Translations under genes and position numbers: made by a program | The notes under the pieces: model-generated | What the model was told of the DNA's origin: nothing | What the model saw: the letters and a program-made list of their open reading frames with translations, nothing else | Database searches by the model: none | Part shown: positions 54,111 through 64,000 of the stretch, one piece after another | Layout: every line of letters starts with the position of its first letter | How positions within the stretch are numbered: the first letter of the stretch is position 1 | DNA from: Anaeramoeba ignava BMAN | Lineage: Eukaryota > Protista > Anaeramoebae | Assembly (NCBI GenBank): GCA_028826165.1 | Contig: JAPDFW010000070.1 | Span: 682,001-746,000 of the forward strand | Direction: 5' to 3' | Length of the DNA: 64,000 nt

Positions 54111-57100
54111 ATGCAAACACCAGTTACATTAATTACAGTTAAAAAAGGAAAACCAAAACTTCAATACAAAGACTCAAATCAAGAAACAAAAGAAATTCAA
54201 CAAATTTTTGAATCAAATGATGTTCACATTTATACCTTTATTTTATTAGAACAAGAACTTAATTACACATTTGATACAGAAACAAATGAAAAAGAAAAAG
54301 AAAAAGAATTCAAACAAATTAACATTAAAGAATCAAATATTATTTTTGATTTCGATGAAAAAGATTCAAAAAAATATGGAACAAGAGTTATTGATGCAGT
54401 TATTGATTATTCATCTCCAAGTGAAAAAAAAATAATAAAAGAAAAGCATTGGGAATTTTTCTTTGAATTTCTTAATCAATTCTCAAAAAAAGGATTTCAA
54501 ACAAAACAAAGTTCGAAAGTTACTTTCAAATCAAAACCAGAAAATATTGCCAAAATTCTTTTCGTTCTTGGATTAAGATACAGTAAATCAACTCTGAAGA
54601 AAATTTTCAAAGAAAGTAAAAAAGATGATTTAATTGAATGCAATAAACAAATCATCCAATTTTATCAAACAAAAAGAAAATCCTGATGTTTTTAATATTC
54701 TCACTAATTTTCTTTCTGAATTAAATCAAAATTACAAAGAATCAAAAAAAATCATTTTTTCCTCTTTTCATTACTTTCAAAAAGGAATTCACAAATCCAA
54801 ATAGTATTCAACAAAAAGACCTTGAAATTCTCTTTTCTTTTTATGTAAAGTATCACTTCAAACTTTCTGAACTTTCAAAAGAAGTTTTAATCAAGATTTT
54901 CGGCAAATCATTAAATTTCGAAAACACAATTTGGTTCAATTTTATTAACACAATTCTAAAAAAAGAATTGATGATAAATCTATTTTTAATCCCAAGTTTC
55001 CAGGATAATTTGAAAAATACAATTTTCCCTAATTTATTGGATTGTTTTCAATTTTGGATGAATTTTTACAATTTTGTTACAAGTGCAGAAATGAGGAAAA
55101 TCAGAAGTCTAAGAAGTGCTATTATGCAAATAGCAAGTATATTTCCTGATATTGTTGATTATTCTCTTTTTAATCAACCCTGTTTGAAAAATGAAAAAAG
55201 AAGTTATATTGAAAAATTATCTGATTTAGTTACAATTTTCAAAAATAAAAGTTATTATGAATACAGCAATAAACAAATCAAAAACAACGATGAAAGATTA
55301 AATTTTTTGATAAATTAGATGAAAAAGCAAAAGAATTCTATTTGATGGATTTAACATATGATTTCCAAAATGTTTCAAAAAAGCAATTTTTAAGATTTCT
55401 TCCAATAAAAATCCAATTAGAAAGTTGGAGCGAACATTTATTGAATGAAAGAAAAAAATTAGAAGACAGTTCTTTTGATGAAATTATCCAAAATAAAGAA
55501 GGTTTACCAAAAAGATGGATGAATATAATTATTCTATTTTTGCAATTCAATACTTCAAATCCTAAAAACAATTTATTATATCCAAAAAATCCAAATAAAA
55601 ATGAAATTAATTTGGCTCATGATCTTAAAGAAAAATTGGAAAAATATCAAAAATATATCTACAATTATTTTATCAAATTACAAGATCCAAAACAAGCTAC
55701 AATGAATGATTTAAAGAATTTCCAACAAAATGAAAAGAATTTGAAAGTATTATTCCCTTTGTTCAAAAATTATACTGGAAAAGAGAATTCTGGAGAAAAA
55801 ATTTCTAGAACAACAATCCAAAAAAGCAAAAAAAATTACTTAAAACTTATTGTAGAATTTTCTCCAATAAAAGATTTATTACTCAAATTTGATGAAAAGA
55901 AGATTAATCAAAAATTTCCAAATTGGAAAAAAATTGACAAAATGGAAATTACAATCGATCAATTCAAACAATTCATTAAAACATTAAAGAGAGAAGAAGA
56001 TACTTGGTTTAGCATTATTTTATATTCTATAAGTTTTTTCTATAAAGAAAAATTAACAAAAATTATTGAATCTAAAGGAAATGAAGATTTAAGTATTGAT
56101 CAAATTTTAAGTAAAGTAAAAAGTGAATGGGAAAACTGGATAAAAGATTTAAACGAAGATCCAAATTTAGAATATATAAACACTGAATTTCCAATAGCAA
56201 AAGAAGAATATCTTGATAAAGATTATACAGAATTTCAAACATATAACGAACAAAATCAATCTGAACAAAAAAAGGAATTCATAACAAAAGAAACAAAAAA
56301 CAAAATTCAAGAATTTTTTGAATTTAGGAAAATAACCAATAGAATTGATCCTTTAATTAAATTTTGTGAAATTTTTATTCAAAACAAAAATGATGAAGAA
56401 TTATCAAATATTAAAAATTTGAAACAAAATTGGCAACAAAATAAACTTTCTGAAATTACAAATTTAAAACAAAATATTGAAAAAACTTTGAAAGTTAATA
56501 TCCAAATGCTTGATTTGATAAATGATTTATTTCCTAATCAAGATGAAAAAGATCAAACAATAATTGAATGGGTAAAAGAAGAATTAAAAGAAAAAACTAT
56601 TGATAATTTAAAAACAAACATCCAAAATGAAGATATAACTAATGATGATGATTTAAATCAAACAAAGAAATATCTAATTAATTTTATTGATATTTTCAAT
56701 CCTTTCTTTACAAAAACATTTCAAGATTTTGATTCAATAACAAAACAACTCTCAAAAATTCAAAAAGAAATGGAGGAAAAGATAAAAAAAACTAATTTCA
56801 AATTATTAGTCAAAAACTTCCCTTTATTAAAAGAACAAAATATTAAAGAATTATCAGATACTTTAAGTGATAAAATTGAAAAAATTTTCAAAAACGGATC
56901 CAAAATTATTTTTAGACTTGAAGAACCAATTTTTCAATGCCAAATTAATGAAGAAAAAGAAATACTTAATTTTGAAGATTTCATAAGTATGTGGAGAGTT
57001 GCTTTAAACAAAAAGAATAAAAGTCAAAATCGAGCACTTTATGAGAATCTAATTGAAGATAAAGAATATTCATTCTTCTTTAGACAATTTGAAGTTCTTT

Positions 57101-60100
57101 TTGAAACAATTCAATCAATTAATACATATTTAGAAAAGTTTATTCCAATAAAGTATTATAAACAAATTCCAGGAATTAACAAAGAAATTGAAATCAATGA
57201 AGATGATACTTATTCAGAAAAAATGGAAGAATTGAAACAAAATATCAACCAAGCTTTAAAAAATTGGGAAGAAGATAGTAAAAATATTTCAAAAGAGAAA
57301 TTATCAGGAATTTTATCAACAAATCAATTACTTTTAGTTTCAACTCCTTTATTAAATGTTCAAGAAAAAAACAAAGTGATTTATCCAATCTTAAAATTAA
57401 TTTTTGGAAAAGGAAGATCTGATCCACAAGAAATTTTAAACAGTATTATTAACCAACAAACCGATAATTGGATAAATTCTTCTACAGGATTTTTCAATTT
57501 AATCAAAAATAATTTTACTTGGCCAATAATTAAAAATTCTTTAAAAAAAATCAAAATAAAATCTAGAACAAAATTGAGCAATGAACTTAACAAACAAATT
57601 AACAAAAGGGATGGAAACATATCAAATCCAAAAATATTTATTAAAGAAGTGAAAACAGATTCATTTATTCACAATGAAGTTACCATGATTTATTATTTAT
57701 ATTCAAATTATTTGCCACAAAGAGAACAAGTTCTTTTTTGTGATTCAAATACAAATGTGGGAGATGTGAAGAATTTTTTCTCAATTTATAAGTATTATAA
57801 CGAAGAATATTCTAATTTTAAAAAACAAAAACAAAAGAAGAAGAAAAGGTTATTTTTTCTATTATAAATGCAACATTATTATCCCAAACATGCCAAAGTG
57901 AAGTTATTTCTCAAATAAGATCAATTAATTTCATAACACATTTCCCATTAACTATTTTTGTTTTGGAAGGAGAACAAAATGCATTTTTAATGAGTCAATT
58001 ACAAGAAGGAAAATTGATTATTAATTTAGAAAATGATAAAATTCTCAATGAAATTATTCAAAAATCAACATTTTTTAAGAATTTTAAGGTTTTTTATTCA
58101 CAAAATGAAGGAGATGGAAAAAGTTATCAAATTAGAAAATTTTGTAATTCTCAAAATGATAAAATTGATTACAAATATTATCTTATTCAACTTACAACAG
58201 GAGAAATACAAGAATTGATTGTTGAATTGAATAAAATCCCAATAGAAAAGAAAAACGAAAATGAAGAATTATTTATTCATATTGAATTTCCAACTGAATG
58301 TTCATTACAAATGACAGATTCTCTTTGGCAATTATCAATGTGGGGTTCTATTGAAGATAGACAAGCAAAAGATCCTTATAATATTTGTTGGACTTTACCT
58401 CCAAATGCAAAACTTTTTTTTGAAATTCCAAGTCAAAATAATATTTGGAAATATTTTTATCCACTTCAAAAATTTCAACCAAAAGAATGTTCATGTTCTG
58501 TAAATGAAATTAAATTCAAAATGTATGAAGTTGATGAAGATCAAAAAAAAATTCAAGAAATTGATGATAATGATTTGAAAAAAGTTGCAAATCTTCTTAT
58601 TGAAACTCAAAATAACACTTTATTCAATAATTTCCAAAATTTGGATAATTGGAAACAAAAATTATCATCACAAAATCCTGATCCAATTTCATTTTTCAAT
58701 AAATCTCAACACATCATGCAAACCATTTCAAATCAATTAAATCCTGATTACAATTTCCATAAATCTTTTAGATTATTTTATCAATTTTGGAATTCATTAA
58801 AAAAATTTATCAATTTAATTCTTAATTGGGAAATTTCTGATGATGAAGATGATGAAGATGATTATAACAATGATGATTCACAAAAAAAATCATTTTTAAG
58901 AAGACAAGAAATTATTAGATGTTGGATGTTTTCTGTTGCTAGATTAAATCTAATTTCCTTTTTTTCAAAACAAGAAGGTGTTTTTGATAATTTTTATTCA
59001 TTCATTCTTAATTTACAATTTCAAAATGGGAATCCAATTTCAATTTATAATCCAAATATTTTTGGTTCAGTTGGAGAAGTTGGGTTATTTATTAAAGATA
59101 ATTTTGATAATTCCAATTTACTTGAGTTTGAAAGAAATTTACATTCGCAATCAATTTCAGATCCTAATTTTAATTTGGGAGATTCAATTTCAAATAATGT
59201 AAATGATCTCAAAACTGAATATAAAAAAATGTTGGATTTTTTTAGTTTTCTAACTTCAAATAAGCCTCAAAAAAATGAGAATAGTGATAACGAGAGTAGT
59301 GATGATGAAAATGATAATAATAATAACAAAGAAAATAATGAAAATGATACAAGAAAAGGAAAATATGTTCTTACATTTGATAATCTTTCCAAAATGATGT
59401 TCATTCAATTTAGAATGTTTACTGGATTTTCATTAATTATAAGTGGAGAAACTGGATGTGGAAAAACTGCATTAATTGAATATTTATTTCGAGATATTTT
59501 AAATTATCAATTTAGTAAATTCAACTCAGAAGAAGAATTAAATGAAAAAGAAAAAGAAACAAATCATTTCATTACATTTAATGTAAATGGAGGAACAACA
59601 AAAGAAAAAATTAAGAAATTAATTGAAAAATCTAACAAAATTGGAAAACAAAATCAAGTTGTTTTATTTTTTGATAAATTGAATACTGCACCTAAATATT
59701 GTATTCCCATTTTCAAATATTTGTTTATTGATCGATTATTTGAAGGCAAAAAAATACCATCAAACATTAAATTTATTGCAGCAATTAATCCATATAGAGA
59801 AAGAAAATTCAAAGTAATTTCTGAAAATCAAAATAATGAAAATCAAAATAATGAAAATCAAAATAATGAAGATCAAAATAAAGAAGAAGAGGTTTGTGGA
59901 TTACTTTTTGATTATGGAGATAAAAAGAATAAAGAACAAGAAGAAATTAGAAATGCTGTTTATCGAGTTCATAAAATTCCAAATTCATTAGAAAATAGTG
60001 TTCTTAGTTTTGAATCATTAAAATCAACACAAGAACAAGTATACATTTCTAAAATGGTTGATAATACTTTTTACTCAATTTTAAACAACAATGATAAAAA

Positions 60101-63100
60101 ATTCATAAGATATCAAACAATTATATCATCATTCAAAGAATATATTTCCAAATCTCATAGTTATATTCGTAAAGATGGATATTCAAATCAAACAAATAAT
60201 GATTTCAAAAGGAATTTAGCAGCTTTAATTTCACTTCGAGATGTTTCAAGAATTCTTCGAGTATTTCAATGGCTTGTTGAATCTAAAGCTGGAAGATTTT
60301 TATTATCAGAAAAAGAAAATGAACAAGAAGAAGAAGAAGAAATTTTTCAGAAAGCAATTTACTTATCTTTATTCATTTGTTATGCAAGTCGACAAACAAC
60401 AAACAAAGATCAATATTTTGAAACAATTTTTGAAAGAAATGATAATTTATTAGGAAACTGCCAAAACGTAATTGAAAATTCACAAGAAAAATTAATTGAA
60501 TCATTAGATTATGATTTTTCAAAAAAAATGATTGCAAAAAACATACCTTTGAAGGAGAATTGTTTATTGGTTTTTGTTTGTGTTTATGCACAAATTCCAT
60601 TATTTATTATTGGAAAACCAGGTAAAATAACATATTTTTTTCTTTCTTTTATAGAAATATATTAATTTAATTTTTATTCAATTTATTATTATAATCAAAA
60701 AAAGGAACATCAAAATCAATTTCTGTTGAAGTTATAATGGAATCTTTGAAACCTCCTTATGAAATAAATAACTTTGCAAAAAAACTTGAACTTAGAACAC
60801 TTAGAGAATCTTTCCTTCAATGTTCACCAATAACAACAACTCAAGGAATTGAAGATGTTTTTAAATACGCAAAATCAAAAACAAAGGAAAACGATTTAGG
60901 AGTTGTTATTCTTGATGAAGTTGCACTTGCAGAATTAAGTCCAGATTTGCCATTAAAAGCACTTCATTCTCAACTTGAAGAATCAGAAAAAGAAATTTCA
61001 AGAATTAATCAAGATAACAAAAAAATTCAAGATATAATTAAAGAAAATGGAGGAGTTTCAGTTGTTGCAATTTCTAATTGGGTTTTAGATCCAAGTAATA
61101 CAAATCGAGGAATTCTTCTTAGAAGAGAATCCACAACACAATTAGGCACAACAGCTCAACAAATTTTATGCACAAAATCAGTTGGAATGAATTCAATGAT
61201 TCCTGAAATATTTGCAAGTTATCTTACTAAAATTTATGAAAAAATTGTGAAAGAACAAGGAAAAGATCCAAAAAGTAAATCAAGACCTTATTTTGGATTG
61301 AGAGATTTTTATTATTTCTTAAAAATGATTGGATATTGCAATATTAAACATGGAATTTCATACAATAATCCTAGATTAATTTTAAATGCTTTATTAAGAA
61401 ATTTCAATTCAAAACCTGATTTTATTGAAGAGTTAATTCCCAAATTTCCAAAGAAAGTTCCTTTAATTACTGATAGAAAAATTACAACACGAGAACTAAT
61501 TTACCAAAATATAAACAGAAGAATTTTTCAAGAATTTAGTTTTGCAGATAAAAATGATACTCCAAATTATTCTCGAAATATGATGATTTTGACTGATAAA
61601 ATATGCAATTTATCATTTATTCTAAAAGAAATTGAACAATTAAGTACTAAAACAGATTACAAATTATTTTTTGGATCAGATTTTGCTGAAAACAAAAAGC
61701 AAATCCGAATTATTCGTAATTTACAATCAATTGAAGATTCAATTCGTAATGGAGAAATAGTAATCTTATTTAAGAATGAACAATTATATGAACCTTTATA
61801 TGATTTATTAAATCAAAATTATTCAAAAAAAGAAGATGAAATTTTTGCCAAAATTTCATTTGGAAATATTGTTTCCAAAATCAAAATTGATCCTAAATTT
61901 AGATTAATAGTAATTTCTGATAAATCAAGAGCTTATAATGTTGAATCATCAGCAATTTTGAATAGATTTGAAAAATATTTACTTATATCAGAAGAATTTA
62001 TAACCAGAAATGAATTTATTCAATTTTATCAGAAACAAAAAGAAATTATCCAAAACATTTGTAAATTTGCAGATATTACAGAAGAGAAATTATTAGTTTC
62101 ATATCATCCTGATTTATTACCTTCTTTAGCAACAAAACTTCAACAAATACTTTTTGGAAAAGAACAACAAGAAAAAGAAGATTATTTAAGACTTGAAGGA
62201 GTAAATATGTGGATGAGAATTTGCAATTACGAATCAATGCTTTCAATTTATTTAAAAACAATCAAAAAAGATACAAACAAAAATACCAAAGAAATTTCAT
62301 ATTTGAATAAGATTTGGCAAAGATATTCAGGTTTATATCACGATAGCTTGAATGATTTAATCCAAACAACATTAATCCCAAAACAAATTCAATGTTCAGT
62401 TGTTCTTACTTCTTCATCAATTTCTCAAACAATCAAATCTGAACAAATTCAAAATTTTAAATTTAAAGAAATTGAACTTTTGAAAATTGAAAATGATACA
62501 CAATTTGAAAAAGAAGTTAAAAAAAAACTTGGAATAGAACCAATAATTAAGAAAAATCCTTATAAAGATGATGAAAATTTTGTTTTGATAATTCGTTTCA
62601 CTCCAACATCAATTTCTCCTGAAACAACATTCCATCAATCAAAATATATGATTGAAAATTTAATTAAAAAAAATGAAGAAATTAAGTGCAAGATAATTTT
62701 CATTGTTCATCTTCCATCAACTCAACAATCCAAAACTCAATTCCATTTTGCATTTGAGAAAAATTGGGAATATTTTTATATTGATGATATTTTACCATCT
62801 GAAATCAAATTTCCAATCATTTCAGAATCAAAAGATTCAGATTTAAATTTTCTTGAAAATATTTTGGATCAAGAATGGGAAAAATTATTTGAACCAATTT
62901 TTAATTCTTCTATTCTTCAATTTATCAATCCTGAAAAAATCAAAGACACAAAACCATTCTTAGAAAAAATGAAAACTTTGAAAGATTTAATTTTCCCAAA
63001 ACTTAAATTTATGTTTGAAAAAGGAAAAAAAGAAAATATAAGTTTTTATCAATGGGATATTCAAGAATTAATAACACAAAAATTAAGAATGCAACAAAGT

Positions 63101-64000
63101 TATGAATCTTTTAATTCTTATCTTTATTCTCAATTAATTAAGAAGTTGGAAACAATTTTTGTAATTTTATTGAGTTATATTATGGTTAATGATAATTTCA
63201 AATTAATTTTAACAACAAGCAAAGAAAAGGAAAATTTTTGGAAACAAATTTTTGAATCAATCCAAATTCAACCTTATCATAAAATTCAGAAAGATCAATT
63301 TGATAAGTCCGAATTCCCATTTTTCCATTATTTTTATGAAGTTATAACAGAAGATTATCATCAAGAAAACAAAGATATTTTGAAAGATATTGTTGATGAA
63401 ACAATCGAAAATTGGTCAAAAAAAATTTCTAAACGGAAAAATATTTCTGAAAAATATCTGATAAATTTCTTGAATGATTTGATTGGAATTTCATTTAATG
63501 AATCTGAAAAAGAATTTTTCAAAGACTATATTCAAGATTTCCAAAAATTTATTTTACATTTTGAAGAATCAAAAATCAAATCATTAACCAAGTTTTCATT
63601 AAGAGAAATTTATCAAAAAATTAATTGGGAAATATTTCAACAAATTTATTCAATTTACAAATTAGTTAATGAATTTAATCAAAATCAAAACCAAAACAAA
63701 AATCAAAATCAATTTGGAGAATTTTCATTGAATAGATTTTTTGATTCTCAATTTGAAATTATTAAAAATTCACTTGATAAGAATAATTCTCCAAATGAAT
63801 TAATACCTATTGGAACTTGTATTGATAAAATTTATGATTTTTTGAATCAATTAACAAATTACACAAACTTTAAGCAATATATTCCAGAATTATTTAAGAA
63901 ATGGTTTAATATTTACTTTTTATTTCAAACTAAAACCAAAAATTTATCAAAAATATCCCAAACTCAAGAATTCAAAAGTATTCAAAATGAAATTTCAAAA
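54111..64000 (+). CDS. RNF213: RNF213/mysterin-like giant AAA+ ATPase, 3'-truncated by the window; intron 60622-60704; several frameshifts in the 5' part
   Basis: GETGCGKT, AAINPYR, YRVH, SLRDV, IAKNIPLKEN..IPLFIIGKPG|TSKS, QCSP, LDEVALAE.SP.LPLKALH, ISNWVLDP, FGLRDFY, GSDF, LYDLLNQNY and NRFEK occur in RNF213 order. Confidence 0.85.

Overview
This is a very AT-rich eukaryotic genomic window with GT-AG spliceosomal introns and the standard genetic code. Gene content (BTB, RCC1-BTB, ankyrin and ARM-repeat families, an iron-sulfur flavoprotein, poly-NQ/NE tracts) resembles an anaerobic protist such as Anaeramoeba; that assignment is inference. About 18 genes are present: pelota, an HMG-box protein, an unknown protein, an Isf-type flavoprotein, three ARM-repeat genes (one with BTB), a PAS-like protein, COG6, ankyrin-BTB, ankyrin-pseudokinase, RCC1-BTB, Nup43, eIF3i, thioredoxin-ankyrin-ZZ, PLAC8, CDC48 and a partial RNF213-like AAA+ protein. 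There is also a ~5.5 kb array of a 143-bp satellite and several 11-mer arrays. The main discovery is a systematic single-codon microexon architecture. In two ankyrin genes, each repeat is one 93-96-nt phase-0 exon. The missing variable residues of the D-x-x-G beta-hairpin are supplied by 3-nt exons (AG|NNN|GT) inside the intervening introns: 13 in the ankyrin-pseudokinase and 7 in the ankyrin-BTB gene, including one triple cluster. A 5-nt microexon that restores frame in an ARM gene supports microexon splicing independently. Scattered single-base frameshifts in conserved genes suggest assembly indel errors. Coordinates were counted by hand and may be off by 1-2 nt.
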